A stretch of DNA of 64,000 bases from Bdellovibrionota bacterium (GCA_041750195.1 JBGSZX010000031.1:20669-84668); one strand, 5' to 3'. Shown: positions 28,866 through 39,616, numbered from the stretch's first letter. Notes: generated from the sequence alone by a model not told the origin. Made by a program: numbers and translations.

Positions 28866-30047
28866 TTACTCGCTCAATCTATCTTGGATCAATTCAAGAG
28901 GAAATTTGAGGCGCCCGATATCGTAAGTTTTGACATCTCTTTCAATGATCAATTGTTGACCATCAAAAGAAACGCTTCCTGTTGGAGTGCTTAATCCACT
29001 TCTTGTTTCTTTGACCCCAAATAAAATTTTAGTGGTTTTCGATCTAAGTGAAGATTTCTCAATGACGTACTCAATGCCTTCGTTTTCTCTGACCCAAAGT
29101 TGATAAGGTTTTTCGGATATCAATCTAAGAAACAAATCACCATCGCCAAATTCGATCTGGCCATTTCTAAGTTTTTTCTCAACTTTTGCAAGTTTTGCCA
29201 TGTCTTTTAAAGAGGGAAGGTTCTGCGCAAATATAAATTCAAGACTGAGGCCGCGGTATTCGTTCTCGAGGGTATTAGATAACTCGTCTAGGGCCTTAAT
29301 CATTTTGGAATTGTCGCCACCAAGTTTGGCCACAAGTTCAGAAGCTAATCTTAGTTCTTCAATCGATGGAGAATTTCTTAAGGAGATTAATTGGAAAGGA
29401 AGGAGGTCTGGTTGCTTCAAGAGATTGTTGAGATCGCCATCAATGCTTTCAGTAAAAGCAACTAGCTTTTCCATCTCATTCGCGAGATAGCTATTATTCG
29501 AAGTTTTTGCAGCTTCAAATTGGATACGGTCAAAATCCGTAAGCAGAATTATGGGCTTTCCCTTCCACTGTTCATAGACAATGCCTATGGGATATCTAGG
29601 CGCGAAATGAGCATCTGACTCAAGAATAAAAGTAGCGACATCAATACTATCCTTCTCAACAGGTAGCTTGATATAGAGTCTCTCCTTGCCCGATTTATAT
29701 TCAAAGACTTCAATGGCTCTGGTTTTTCTTTTGCCGTTAGTATCGGTAAAGGATTCTTTTACTTTTTTAAAGCTACCGATGTCGGCAAGGCTAGAGTCCT
29801 TTTTGTTGATTAGCCCGCCGAACTCGAGCAATGCTTTGTGAGGATTGTGCTCATCCAAAAAAATCAATTTTCGAACATATTCCAATGCTCCAATGCGCTG
29901 ATTTACTTCTTCGTAATCTTTAAAAGAAGATCCCGATGCCAATATTTTTATAGAAGTAGTGCAGGGAGTGGCAGCCTGGACGCTAGAAGCCTCACAGAGA
30001 CCAAAACACAGCAACATAAAGTAAGAAACTCGTTTAAATGAAATCAT
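28866..30047 (-). CDS. Hypothetical secreted protein (393 aa)
   Basis: Signal peptide MLLCFGLCEASSVQA. No family was recognised. Confidence 0.5.
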   Translation of the reverse strand: MISFKRVSYFMLLCFGLCEASSVQAATPCTTSIKILASGSSFKDYEEVNQRIGALEYVRKLIFLDEHNPHKALLEFGGLINKKDSSLADIGSFKKVKESFTDTNGKRKTRAIEVFEYKSGKERLYIKLPVEKDSIDVATFILESDAHFAPRYPIGIVYEQWKGKPIILLTDFDRIQFEAAKTSNNSYLANEMEKLVAFTESIDGDLNNLLKQPDLLPFQLISLRNSPSIEELRLASELVAKLGGDNSKMIKALDELSNTLENEYRGLSLEFIFAQNLPSLKDMAKLAKVEKKLRNGQIEFGDGDLFLRLISEKPYQLWVRENEGIEYVIEKSSLRSKTTKILFGVKETRSGLSTPTGSVSFDGQQLIIERDVKTYDIGRLKFPLELIQDRLSE

Positions 30048-30177
30048 CGCACACCTTTCAAGCCGTGCCCTCCAGGAGGAGCAAGGCCTTAGCAGGGCGA
30101 GAACATATAGGCGATGATGCGATGTGTCAATGGGAAAGGGGGGCTCCCCGTTTGTGGCCTAAATTACTAATTTATAT

Positions 30178-30573
30178 CTACTTTTTTAGCCCATCGCGGA
30201 TTTCGCGAAGTAAAAGCACTTCTTCGCTAGGGGCAGGAGCCGCTGCGGGGGTTTCGGCTTGCTTCTTCTTTGCGGAGTTAAGCGCTTTGACGATCATAAA
30301 AATCACAATGGCTATAATGATAAAATCAATAACGCTTTGGAGGAAGACACCATACTGCATAGTAACGGCGGGCACATCGCCGACTGCACCTTTTAGGACA
30401 ATTTGAAGTTTTGAAAAATTAACGCCGTTAAGGGCTAATCCGAGCGGAGGAGTAATGACATTTGCCACCAAGCTCGAAACTATTTTACCAAAAGCCGCGC
30501 CAATGATCACACCAATGGCCATGTCCATAACATTGCCTCTTAGGGCAAATTTCTTAAATTCTTCAAACATCAC
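30178..30573 (-). CDS. mscL: Large-conductance mechanosensitive channel
   Basis: [39 protein letters not shown], the canonical MscL N-terminus and TM1. Confidence 0.9.
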   Translation of the reverse strand: MMFEEFKKFALRGNVMDMAIGVIIGAAFGKIVSSLVANVITPPLGLALNGVNFSKLQIVLKGAVGDVPAVTMQYGVFLQSVIDFIIIAIVIFMIVKALNSAKKKQAETPAAAPAPSEEVLLLREIRDGLKK

Positions 30574-30586
30574 TTGTCTCCTTAAG

Positions 30587-31333
30587 TTAAAACTTGGCTA
30601 CCAAAGCCGTTGAATAAATATAGTCGTACTTCTTAATGCCGCTAGCAGACGGGATCGCATCATACTTGCCGAGATACGCAGCTTTTAAAGCAAAGTTGCC
30701 ATCCAGAGTAACAGCAATGGAAGGCTCAAAATTAAACAGGTAATCACCACTCTCAGATAAGCTTGGAAGATATTCAAACCAAACTTTGGCAGTCGCTGAC
30801 TCTGTAAGTTTCATAGAAGCTTCAGAATAAACTCGTAAAAAGCTTTTTGAAGCGGCAGATGTTGCTCCAGTAGCCGTTTCGCTTGTGAAGCGGTAACCAA
30901 GTTCTGAGAAAACATACTTTTCTTTTGAGGTGTTTAAAAAATAGTATTTTCCACCTAGGTCGATGTTGTTTCGCTTGTCAAAACCTGCGTATTTATCGCT
31001 CTCATATGAATCACCAAGAAAAACTGTAAAGTCTGTCGATATTGATCGATCGTAACGTAATCCTAAACTCCAGCCATTTGCGCTTTCAACGCCGGACGAT
31101 TTTCCATACAAATAGGCTGCTTTGAAAATTACAGTATTTTTTGTCCACTTATAATCAGTTTTTTGTTTGGCGTTTAGAGTCTTGGTGTCGCTATTGCCTC
31201 CGGAAAGTATGAGTCCCAATTCACTTTCATGTGACCAGGCATCGCTTTCCTGGGCCTTGGCCAGTGCAGGAACAAAAAACAAAAAGCTAAAAAAATAAAA
31301 TTTTGTCAAATAGTGCACCTTAAGAATTTTCAT
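30587..31333 (-). CDS. DUF481-family outer-membrane beta-barrel protein (YdiY-like)
   Basis: Signal peptide. The body [33 protein letters not shown] is typical of DUF481, and the C-terminus ends in KF. Confidence 0.6.
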   Translation of the reverse strand: MKILKVHYLTKFYFFSFLFFVPALAKAQESDAWSHESELGLILSGGNSDTKTLNAKQKTDYKWTKNTVIFKAAYLYGKSSGVESANGWSLGLRYDRSISTDFTVFLGDSYESDKYAGFDKRNNIDLGGKYYFLNTSKEKYVFSELGYRFTSETATGATSAASKSFLRVYSEASMKLTESATAKVWFEYLPSLSESGDYLFNFEPSIAVTLDGNFALKAAYLGKYDAIPSASGIKKYDYIYSTALVAKF

Positions 31334-31408
31334 GCACTGAGGATTAAACCACGTTGGGCCATCTGGCTAGTTACTTTTAAGCGCAAGCGAGCAATTTATT
31401 TTTTGAGA

Positions 31409-32434
31409 CTAAAACTTCTTAAGTACTTCAGGTGTGAAGTAGCTCAAGATGATATCGGCTCCTGCACGCTTAATAGATGTCAGGGATTCATTGATGCCTG
31501 CATCAAGGTCCATGATGCCAGCTTGCGCTGCGAGCATGATCTGTGCGTATTCACCGCTTACTTGATAGGCGGCAACAGGGACCGTCGAAGCACTTCGTAC
31601 AGAGGCAATAATGTCTAAATAGGCAAGAGCGGGTTTGACCATCACAATATCGGCGCCTTCGGCTAAATCTAAGTGCAGTTCGTGAAGTGCTTCGCGAGCA
31701 TTGGCTGGATTCATTTGGTAAGTTTTTTTGTCCCCAAATTTTGGAGCCGAATCTAGCGCTTGTCGAAAAGGTCCGTAGTAGCAGGACGCATACTTGGCAG
31801 TGTAGGAAAGAATGCCGACATCTATAAATGATTGGGCATCAAGCGCTTTGCGAATGCAGGCCACGCGTCCGTCCATCATGTCCGACGGTGCCACAATGTC
31901 AGCCCCCGCTTCGGCTTGAACAACAGCCATTTGGGCTAATATTTCAAGCGTTGGATCGTTTAAAATTTTTCCGTTCTCAACGATGCCATCATGTCCATCG
32001 CTAGAGTAGGGGTCCATGGCCACGTCGGTGACAATTATTAGGCTAGGAAATTTATCTTTTAATTTCTTGATCGCCTTCGGTAGAAAACCGTTTTTGTTTA
32101 GAGCCTCAGTTGCCGTTGAATTTTTTAATTTCTCATCGATAACAGGAAAGAGCGCGACGGCCTTTAGGCCTATTGGCAACAACTCAGAAAGCTCCTTTTC
32201 AAGCACATCAAGACTTAGTCTAAAAACACCAGGCATTGAAGGAATGGCTTCACGCAATTGACTGCCTTCTTTTATAAAAACGGGCCAAACAAAATCGCTC
32301 GGGTGAAGGCGCGTTTCCTGCACCAAATCTCGAAGCGAGGCATGGGCCCGGTTTCGTCGTGGTCGTTGGACGAGGGCACTTTGTTTAGAGGCTTCATTGG
32401 ATGCTTCACAGGATTGTTCAGGTTTCCGAGTCAT
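31409..32434 (-). CDS. hemB: Porphobilinogen synthase (delta-aminolevulinate dehydratase)
   Basis: RPRRNRAHASLRDLVQETRLHPSDFVWPVFIKEG and active-site Lys regions, 341 aa. Confidence 0.9.
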   Translation of the reverse strand: MTRKPEQSCEASNEASKQSALVQRPRRNRAHASLRDLVQETRLHPSDFVWPVFIKEGSQLREAIPSMPGVFRLSLDVLEKELSELLPIGLKAVALFPVIDEKLKNSTATEALNKNGFLPKAIKKLKDKFPSLIIVTDVAMDPYSSDGHDGIVENGKILNDPTLEILAQMAVVQAEAGADIVAPSDMMDGRVACIRKALDAQSFIDVGILSYTAKYASCYYGPFRQALDSAPKFGDKKTYQMNPANAREALHELHLDLAEGADIVMVKPALAYLDIIASVRSASTVPVAAYQVSGEYAQIMLAAQAGIMDLDAGINESLTSIKRAGADIILSYFTPEVLKKF

Positions 32435-32518
32435 AATCTTAGATTGCCCTAGGTCAATTGACGGTGCAAGGAACTTGTGGATTTTATTGCTGAGGCAAGG
32501 GCGGGGAAAATTATGATT

Positions 32519-33277
32519 CTAGCGGCTCACTTCAATTTTCTTTAGAAGACTTTGAAGTTTATGCCAGTGTGGTCGATTGAGTTTAATGTAATCAAGCGTC
32601 GTGTTTGATAAAATATGAATGAGTTCGCCGGCCTTTTCCCCTTGTTTTTCTTTTCTATACTTTTGCACAGCTGCATTCCAAAGTGTAAGAGCGCTGATGA
32701 TTTCTTTCTTGGAATCAGCACTCAAATCAAAAGATTCAAAGGTCGTGGTTTGGTACAATATGCCAAAGCCAAAGCTTAGAAAATTTACGGAGAGGGCGGA
32801 GTTGGAATCCTGCAGCAAGCTTGATTTTATCGATTGCCAAATAGCTTTTTTTTGGGCCGCCCCATAGCCACGCCATTTTTTAGAAAACACTTCAATCATT
32901 TGTAGATCATCCAGATAGGAACAAGAAGGTATTGAGTAGCCCGAGGCCCCATCAAAATAACTATAAATTTGAAGAGGTGGGTGGGCAGAACCTTCTTCGT
33001 TAAAATTTTTGGACGAATCAGCAAGGCTTTCTAATTTTTCTAAAACAGAATCAGACAGTCTCTTGAGATTTGCGGGGGCAACGTTGCTCAATCTTTTTGA
33101 GTACATTTCGAGTGACTCGGGTTTTCCCGGCAGCGAAGTCAAACAAAGGGGATGTGCTTTATCGAGTTTAGATTTGGCCTCTAAATACTCCTTGAGAGCT
33201 GAGCTTTCTGTCTTGTTGCTGGCGCAGCTCGCTAGCAACATCCCAAAACAAAAACTATAAACTAATCCGCAATTCAT
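32519..33277 (-). CDS. Hypothetical lipoprotein (252 aa)
   Basis: Signal peptide plus lipobox LLASCAS. Confidence 0.45.
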   Translation of the reverse strand: MNCGLVYSFCFGMLLASCASNKTESSALKEYLEAKSKLDKAHPLCLTSLPGKPESLEMYSKRLSNVAPANLKRLSDSVLEKLESLADSSKNFNEEGSAHPPLQIYSYFDGASGYSIPSCSYLDDLQMIEVFSKKWRGYGAAQKKAIWQSIKSSLLQDSNSALSVNFLSFGFGILYQTTTFESFDLSADSKKEIISALTLWNAAVQKYRKEKQGEKAGELIHILSNTTLDYIKLNRPHWHKLQSLLKKIEVSR

Positions 33278-33281
33278 TTTG

Positions 33282-35459
33282 CTAATTCTGAATCCCTAGC
33301 ACTTTCAGCATAAACACCAGCTCTTGAGCGCGCTCACGAATAGAATCATAACGACCCGAAGAGCCGCCGTGCCCTGCGTTCATGTCAATCAAGAAGAGCA
33401 AAGGATTGGAGTCGGTCTTTAGGGTCCGTAATTTTGCAACATATTTTGCGGGCTCCCAATACATCACTTGGCTGTCATGCAGAGAGGTTCTCACAAGCAT
33501 CGTGGGATAATTTTTAGCAGATAAATTATCATAGGGAGAGTATTCCTTGATCCTCTCAAAAGCCACTTTTTCATTTGGATTCCCCCACTCTTCATATTCG
33601 CCAATCGTTAAGGGCAAATCCTTGTCGAGCATAGTGTTGAGCACGTCAACAAAGGGAACTGCCGACAGAACTCCTCGGTATAAATCTGGGCGCAAGTTAA
33701 CAACCGTTCCCATTAGCAATCCACCGGCACTGCCGCCTTCAATAAACACTTTGTCTTTTGCTCCATACTTTTGGGATACGAGTTCTTCTGTTACAGAATT
33801 GAAATCCGTAAAGGTATTCATCTTAAATTGCATTTTGCCTTTGTCGTGCCAAGGTTTGCCGTATTCTGAACCACCTCGAATGTGTGCAATGGCCATCACA
33901 AAACCTCTATTTAACAAGGGAATTCGAGAGGCGCTAAAGGAGGCGCTCATTGCGTAGCCATAAGATCCATATCCATAAATATGTAATGGGTTCTCGCCCT
34001 TTTTAAATAAATCCTTTCGGTAAACCAGCGAGATAGGAATTTTTGTTCCATCTTTAGCTTTTGCAAAAATTCGCTCCGAAACATAATTGTTTTTATCATA
34101 GGGGCCTGGCGGAGTTTTTTCTTTTAGCAAACGGGAGCTTCCGTCTTTTAGGTTGAGCTCGTAGGTGCCTATGGGGCTAATGAATGAACTGTATTTGTAT
34201 CTATAGACATCACTTGCGTAAACGTGGTTCGCAGAGGCACTGATGGAATATGTTGGCTCGGGAAATTTTACAAGCTCGTCTTGTTTGCCATCAAACGAGC
34301 GAATTCGAAGTCGCTCAAGTCCATTGGCTCGTTCAGACAAAACATAATGCTCAGCAAAAACATCAACATCCTCTAGGGATACATCTTTTCTGTGAGGAAT
34401 CAATTCTTTTGCTTTCTTAAGGGAGGGCTTTGCAACGGGTATGCTAATAAGTCGAAAATTATTACCCTTGTCATTGATGCGAACAATAAACTCAGCACCA
34501 TGAAGGCCCACATTGTATTCAATGTTTTGTTTTCGGGGCAGAATCACTTTAAAGGCTTCGAAAGGCGTTTTTGCTGAAACAAAATGTTGTTCACTCGTCG
34601 TGTGGCTGGATGAAGAAAAATATATCAAGGTTCTATCTAAGCTTTCATGAACATAAACACTGAAGCGCTCGTCTGGTTCTTCGTAGACCAAAACATCTTC
34701 TTTTGATTTTTGATCCAAAGCGTGGCGGTAGACACGATATTGCCTCTTGGCATGGTCTTCGATGGTGTAAAACAAAGTTTTATTGTCGGCGGCCCATGCA
34801 ACGCTACCAACTTTTTCGGCTAGGGGGCCTTCTATTTTGTTGCTTCCGAGATCCTTTATAAAAAGTTTGTATTGGCGAAAACCAATGGTGTCGGTTGTAA
34901 AAGCCAATAAATTCTCGTTAGGGCTTATCTCTTGGTCCCCTAGGTCAAAAAACTTTTCATTCTTCGCCATAAGGTTAAGATCCATATAAACTTCTTCTTT
35001 CGGAACGGCAGCTCCATCGCTTTGCTTTGTTCTGTATAGGATGGGATATTGCAGCCCTTTTTTGCTTCTGCTTCCGTAAAGATAACTGCCATAGGGTGAT
35101 GGAACTTCTTCGTAGTCTTCGTTGATGTAGCTAATGATTTCAGAATTAAGTTTGTCTTCGAGCTTTTTCGACCCGTTAAACCAAGATTGCGCATAGGTGT
35201 TTTCGGATTTCAAATAGCTGATGACTTCTTTGTCTTCTTTTTTCTGAAGCCAGCGATAGTTGTCTTGCAATTCATAACCGTGAATTTTTGTAGTATGCGC
35301 AACTTTTTTAGCAATGGGGGCACTCGTTAAAACGAAGTCCTTTTGGGAGGCGCAGGAAGCCATTCCTATCGTCAATATGAAGGCCGAAAGTGAATGAGTC
35401 ATAATTTTGTATTGGCTAAGCACGATCCCTAGAATCTTAGCTTGAAAATAGGGGATCAA
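33282..35459 (-). CDS. S9A-family serine peptidase (oligopeptidase B or prolyl oligopeptidase), probably a lipoprotein
   Basis: N-terminal beta-propeller plus a C-terminal alpha/beta hydrolase with nucleophile motif GGSAGGLLMG. The likely start is M at MTHSLSAFILTIGMASC. Confidence 0.8.
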   Translation of the reverse strand: MIPYFQAKILGIVLSQYKIMTHSLSAFILTIGMASCASQKDFVLTSAPIAKKVAHTTKIHGYELQDNYRWLQKKEDKEVISYLKSENTYAQSWFNGSKKLEDKLNSEIISYINEDYEEVPSPYGSYLYGSRSKKGLQYPILYRTKQSDGAAVPKEEVYMDLNLMAKNEKFFDLGDQEISPNENLLAFTTDTIGFRQYKLFIKDLGSNKIEGPLAEKVGSVAWAADNKTLFYTIEDHAKRQYRVYRHALDQKSKEDVLVYEEPDERFSVYVHESLDRTLIYFSSSSHTTSEQHFVSAKTPFEAFKVILPRKQNIEYNVGLHGAEFIVRINDKGNNFRLISIPVAKPSLKKAKELIPHRKDVSLEDVDVFAEHYVLSERANGLERLRIRSFDGKQDELVKFPEPTYSISASANHVYASDVYRYKYSSFISPIGTYELNLKDGSSRLLKEKTPPGPYDKNNYVSERIFAKAKDGTKIPISLVYRKDLFKKGENPLHIYGYGSYGYAMSASFSASRIPLLNRGFVMAIAHIRGGSEYGKPWHDKGKMQFKMNTFTDFNSVTEELVSQKYGAKDKVFIEGGSAGGLLMGTVVNLRPDLYRGVLSAVPFVDVLNTMLDKDLPLTIGEYEEWGNPNEKVAFERIKEYSPYDNLSAKNYPTMLVRTSLHDSQVMYWEPAKYVAKLRTLKTDSNPLLFLIDMNAGHGGSSGRYDSIRERAQELVFMLKVLGIQN

Positions 35460-36109
35460 GAAGGCGATTTTTGCAAAAGTTCAAAACCTAGCAACTCAAG
35501 TTTGTGCGCAAGCTCAATAAGGGGAAGCCCCACAATGGCGGTTGAATCAGTGCATTCAATGTTCTTTACGAGTGCCATGCCATGAGATTCCATTTTATAA
35601 CAGCCAGCGCAATCGTAGGGTTGTTCCATTTTTAGATAGCGCTCCAGCAAGGAGTTCGAATTATTTTTGAATTCAATTCGGCTGACATTTTGAAATTCCA
35701 ATGGGCGTTCACCGTTGCGAAACAAGCAGACGGCCGTGACCAAATGATGAACTTTCCCATTGAGTTTTTTGAGTTGAGCAAGCGCCGTCTCAAAATTTGG
35801 CTGTTTGCCTAAGATTTCTCCGTTAAGGTCCAAGGCTTGATCGGAGCCTATGATCCAGCTTTGGGGGTAGAGCTCGGTCAAAGAGGCTGCCTTGCCCCTT
35901 GCAAGCTCTCTGCACAGATCCTGTGAACTCGATCCGGCAAGGCTTAGCTTTTGTTTTTCTTCATCAAATTGCGGATTTGCGCATTCAAAGGGAACTCCCA
36001 ATCTCGCAAGAAGTTGCTTCCTGTAGGGCGACGATGAGGCAAGTATGAGGCTTAGTGGGGACGTTACAGCTGACATGATTTCTAGCAATGCCCTGTTTGA
36101 TGGGACCAA
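35456..36109 (-). CDS. maf: Maf-like nucleoside triphosphate pyrophosphatase (septum formation protein)
   Basis: LILASSSPYRKQLL... is the Maf N-terminal signature. 217 aa. Confidence 0.8.
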   Translation of the reverse strand: MVPSNRALLEIMSAVTSPLSLILASSSPYRKQLLARLGVPFECANPQFDEEKQKLSLAGSSSQDLCRELARGKAASLTELYPQSWIIGSDQALDLNGEILGKQPNFETALAQLKKLNGKVHHLVTAVCLFRNGERPLEFQNVSRIEFKNNSNSLLERYLKMEQPYDCAGCYKMESHGMALVKNIECTDSTAIVGLPLIELAHKLELLGFELLQKSPS

Positions 36110-36170
36110 ACAAGGGAAAAGTTTTTGGATTTGTTTATAAAATTTAGGCCTTTATGACCTTAATCGTTGC

Positions 36171-37193
36171 TTGCGACGCGCAGGCCCATGGTCTAGGCTT
36201 GGACCCATGAGTCCTACCGAGCTAAAACTAGCCCGCACCGCCCAAGAACTTAATGCTGACGATGTTAGGTATAAGGAAATGCCAGACATCGCAGAAAATG
36301 TTGGGCCTTTAAATTTTGGTGCCCTCGATCGCGTAGGCATGTCACTCATTGAAGTGCCAGTGCGAGTAAAAAATGCAAGCGGAGAGCTGATGACCCTTGC
36401 GGCAAAAGCCGACGCCTATGTGAATTTGTCTGATCCTTCTTCGAAGGGCATTCATATGTCGCGATTGTTTTTAACATTGCAGTCAAAATTAGAAAGCGAA
36501 GAGCTTAGTCCAAAATTAGTGGAAGAAATCCTAAGCGATTTTGTCTCGTCGCATAAAGGCAAAAGCGATTCAGCCTCTTTGTCTTTGGAGTTTGAATATT
36601 TGCTTAAGCGCAAAGCTCTTTTGAGCGATCATCATGGATGGCGCTCCTACCCAGTATCCGTAAAAGGGAGCCTCATTAAAGGCGTGATGCGCCTTGAGCT
36701 TGGGGTGAAAGTTACCTACTCAAGCACCTGTCCTTGTTCGGCTGCGCTATCTCGACAATTAATCAAAGAAAAATTTGAAAACGATTTTGCTAGAAAATCT
36801 TCCCTTGGCATCGACGAAGTTTCTGAATGGCTTAGCCAAGAATCTTCAATAGTTGCAACGCCACACAGCCAACGAAGTGTTGCTGATGTTAAACTTGTTA
36901 TGGATCGTGCGGCACCCTGCCAAACTTTGGTGTCTATCATTGATGATGTCGAAGGTGTTTTAAAAACAGCTGTGCAAGCAGCAGTAAAGCGTGAAGACGA
37001 GCAAGAATTTGCCAGGCTTAATGCCAGTAATTTGATGTTCTGCGAAGACGCTTCACGTAGATTGAAGGCTTGGCTTGATGAGCGAAAAGAAATTGTAGAT
37101 TATCGAGTGGAAGCGAGGCATATCGAAAGCCTCCATCCACATGATGCTGTCAGCATTGTTACCAAAGGCGTAGACGGCGGCTTTAGGCCGTAA
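36171..37193 (+). CDS. folE2: GTP cyclohydrolase I type 2 (FolE2, GCYH-IB; MptA/FolE2 family)
   Basis: Motifs KGIHMSRLF, TCPCSAALS and ESLHPHDAVS correspond to the conserved FolE2 metal and catalytic motifs. Confidence 0.7.
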   Translation: MRRAGPWSRLGPMSPTELKLARTAQELNADDVRYKEMPDIAENVGPLNFGALDRVGMSLIEVPVRVKNASGELMTLAAKADAYVNLSDPSSKGIHMSRLFLTLQSKLESEELSPKLVEEILSDFVSSHKGKSDSASLSLEFEYLLKRKALLSDHHGWRSYPVSVKGSLIKGVMRLELGVKVTYSSTCPCSAALSRQLIKEKFENDFARKSSLGIDEVSEWLSQESSIVATPHSQRSVADVKLVMDRAAPCQTLVSIIDDVEGVLKTAVQAAVKREDEQEFARLNASNLMFCEDASRRLKAWLDERKEIVDYRVEARHIESLHPHDAVSIVTKGVDGGFRP

Positions 37194-37605
37194 TTTTGTT
37201 TTCTCTATTTGTTAGATAGATTTTCCTTAAAAGGAGAGTTAGCGGTATCCACCATATAAGATCATTGAAAATAATATGAATTCCAAACTCCAATGGAAAG
37301 CGTTTTTCCCACAAAGCATTGGCAAAACCAATTGGTCCTAAGATTTTTCCCAAAAGGCCGACAAAAATAATCGGCCAATGTCTTGCCGGATCAAAGGCAG
37401 CGATTAAGTATCCAATCCCGTAGATACCCACAATCATTCCAATGCATTGCCAAAGTTCCGGATAGAGCGGAGGTGTTGATCCTCCAATTCCAAAAGACTG
37501 AAGCGGAAAAAATATGACCCAAGCCCCCCAGATCCCATTGTAAATAGCAGCTAAAAGCAGTGTTCGTGATTTGATAGGGTTTGTCTTCAAAAAATTTATC
37601 AACAT
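37183..37605 (-). CDS. Hypothetical 4-TM membrane protein (140 aa)
   Basis: Hydrophobic TM segments. It is translationally coupled to the upstream membrane protein with an 11-bp spacer and a GAGG RBS. Confidence 0.45.
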   Translation of the reverse strand: MLINFLKTNPIKSRTLLLAAIYNGIWGAWVIFFPLQSFGIGGSTPPLYPELWQCIGMIVGIYGIGYLIAAFDPARHWPIIFVGLLGKILGPIGFANALWEKRFPLEFGIHIIFNDLIWWIPLTLLLRKIYLTNRENKITA

Positions 37606-37616
37606 ATCCTCTGACC

Positions 37617-38048
37617 TTATTTGAAATTATATAAAAGAAATCCCAGCCCAAGACTTCTCATCGCCCAAAGCAAGGCACGTGGTCTGTTGCTGGAAATCAA
37701 AAATTCTATATTTTTTTGGCTGTAGTTGTTTTTTAATTTTCTATGAATGGGCATACTTACCAATAGGGTCAGCATCCAAAGTACCAAAACTGAAATTATG
37801 TTGATAAGGGTGTACGCTTGGGAGATTCGATTTGAGGTCCAAAAAAGTGCAACTGAACTCAATAGTTCAAGTGCCATAATTGGAGCCGTTATCCAGATCA
37901 TTCTTGAAGAATGAAAAGTCTCGAAATCTGGAATGCGTTCAGGGGCTATCCAGAGAAAGCTGGGGTAATGAACCTGTTGAACGGTAAAAATAAGTCCAGT
38001 CATGTAGGCCGCTAAAAAAAACTGAGATTGCAGCAGAATAAGATCCAT
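37617..38048 (-). CDS. Hypothetical 4-TM membrane protein (143 aa), divergent from photolyase
   Basis: Hydrophobic TM segments. No family was recognised. Confidence 0.45.
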   Translation of the reverse strand: MDLILLQSQFFLAAYMTGLIFTVQQVHYPSFLWIAPERIPDFETFHSSRMIWITAPIMALELLSSVALFWTSNRISQAYTLINIISVLVLWMLTLLVSMPIHRKLKNNYSQKNIEFLISSNRPRALLWAMRSLGLGFLLYNFK

Positions 38049-39611
38049 CTAATAAAGGTTGCTTTGCAAAAGATACAACGTCAACTAATGTTCGCAGGGG
38101 TGAGCAAAAAAGCAGCATTGGCCAACTATGACGTTCGTTGCGGCATTCGTTACGGTGTTCATTGGTTCCGCAGGGACTTGCGTGTGGCGGGCAACGTTGC
38201 CCTAGAAAAGCAATTCAAAAAACACGATGGCAAGGTCCTGGGCCTATTTTGCTTTGATAAAAAATTTCTTTCAAGGCCCGACTTTTCCGTCAATCGTTTT
38301 CAGTTTTTTTTAAACACGCTTGTAGAGCTTAAAAAAGAATTGCGCGCCATTGGTGGAGATTTGCTTGTGATGGATGTGGGGCCGGATGAGGCGTTTGGAA
38401 AAATTCTTAGCGATTTAGATAAGGACTCCATTGCGCGGCCATCAAGTGTTTCTTGGTCGAGGGACTATGAGCCTTTTGCTGTTGAGCGAGACCTTCGGCT
38501 TGAAACGTATTTTATCTCAGAGGGCATTGAATGTTTTCACGAGCGAGATCATCTTTTGATAGAGCCCTGGGAACTTTCTAAGGATGATGGTTCGGGCTAC
38601 CAGGTCTACACGCCATTCTCAAAAAAATGGCTCGAAATTTTTTCAACAGACGAGGTCCAGACCCGAATCAAAAGACAGGAAAAGTCGTTTCAATATTTGC
38701 GTCGAATATCTGAAGGGAAACAAGAAAAGGTTTTTGCTTTGACTTGGAAAAAACTTTTCAATGGCAAAGATATTTACCCCGACTATCTCAAGCAATATTC
38801 AGACCGAAATTTAAAAAATGTCGATATACCCATTCCCAAGTCTGGTTCATTGGCGGCACTAGGGGCGCTCATTGATTTTAAAAAAAAATTACTTAAGTAT
38901 GGCGATAGCCGAGATTTTCCAGAATTAAGCGGAACGTCTGGCTTGTCTATTTTTTTGAAGAATGGTTCTTTGACGACTGCTCAAATCATTTCATTTTTAA
39001 AGCTAAAATCGTACAGCAATAAAACTATGGGCGCCGACGTTTTTTTAAGTGAGCTTATTTGGAGAGAATTTTATTATCACATCCTATACCGCAATCCTCG
39101 TGTCGAGGGTGAAGCCTTTTTGCATAAGTACAAAAATTTAAAATGGGAAAATAATAAAAAATACTTTGAAGCCTGGAAGTCGGGACGGACAGGATTTCCT
39201 ATTGTTGATGCCGGAATGAGGCAGCTCAATCAAACGGGTTGGATGCACAACCGGGTGCGCATGATCGTGGCATCCTTTCTAACAAAAGATCTTCTCATTG
39301 ATTGGCGCTGGGGCGAGAAGTATTTTATGGAAAAACTGCTTGATGGTGACTTGGCCCCTAATAATGGCGGTTGGCAGTGGGCGGCTTCAACTGGCTGCGA
39401 TGCTCAGCCCTATTTTAGAATTTTTAATCCGTGGCTTCAATCTAAGCGCTTTGATCCGCAGGGACATTACATCAAAAAGTATCTTCCTGAACTTCAAAAC
39501 ATTGCGATAAAAGATTTGCATGCGCCCATACTTGGGCATGGGGTTTATCCTGCGCCCATTGTTGATCACGCTCTTCAAAAAGAAAAAACCCTCAGACTAT
39601 TTAAAGTCTGA
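38028..39611 (+). CDS. phr: Deoxyribodipyrimidine photolyase / cryptochrome family
   Basis: FAD-binding C-terminal domain GFPIVDAGMRQLNQTGWMHNRVRMIVASFLTKDLLIDWRWGEKYFMEKLLDGDLAPNNGGWQW. The true start is probably downstream of 38028. Confidence 0.85.
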   Translation: MQQNKIHLIKVALQKIQRQLMFAGVSKKAALANYDVRCGIRYGVHWFRRDLRVAGNVALEKQFKKHDGKVLGLFCFDKKFLSRPDFSVNRFQFFLNTLVELKKELRAIGGDLLVMDVGPDEAFGKILSDLDKDSIARPSSVSWSRDYEPFAVERDLRLETYFISEGIECFHERDHLLIEPWELSKDDGSGYQVYTPFSKKWLEIFSTDEVQTRIKRQEKSFQYLRRISEGKQEKVFALTWKKLFNGKDIYPDYLKQYSDRNLKNVDIPIPKSGSLAALGALIDFKKKLLKYGDSRDFPELSGTSGLSIFLKNGSLTTAQIISFLKLKSYSNKTMGADVFLSELIWREFYYHILYRNPRVEGEAFLHKYKNLKWENNKKYFEAWKSGRTGFPIVDAGMRQLNQTGWMHNRVRMIVASFLTKDLLIDWRWGEKYFMEKLLDGDLAPNNGGWQWAASTGCDAQPYFRIFNPWLQSKRFDPQGHYIKKYLPELQNIAIKDLHAPILGHGVYPAPIVDHALQKEKTLRLFKV

Positions 39612-39616
39612 GGGTT
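39587..39616. terminator. Bidirectional rho-independent terminator (12-bp perfect stem aaccctcagact / agtctgagggtt, loop atttaa) between convergent phr and the RRM gene
   Basis: Inverted repeat read directly. An A6 run lies upstream on the + strand, which is a T-run for the minus-strand RRM gene. Confidence 0.7.

Noticed and set aside
30100-30177. G/C-rich palindrome gggggctcccc downstream of mscL as a terminator
   Set aside because: The stem is only 4-5 bp with a 2-3 nt loop and no convincing T-run on the minus strand.
37183-38048. Two adjacent small membrane ORFs as one frameshifted gene
   Set aside because: The upstream ORF ends with an in-frame TAA at 37617-37619. The downstream ORF has its own ATG (37605) preceded by GAGG. 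This is consistent with two coupled genes rather than a pseudogene.
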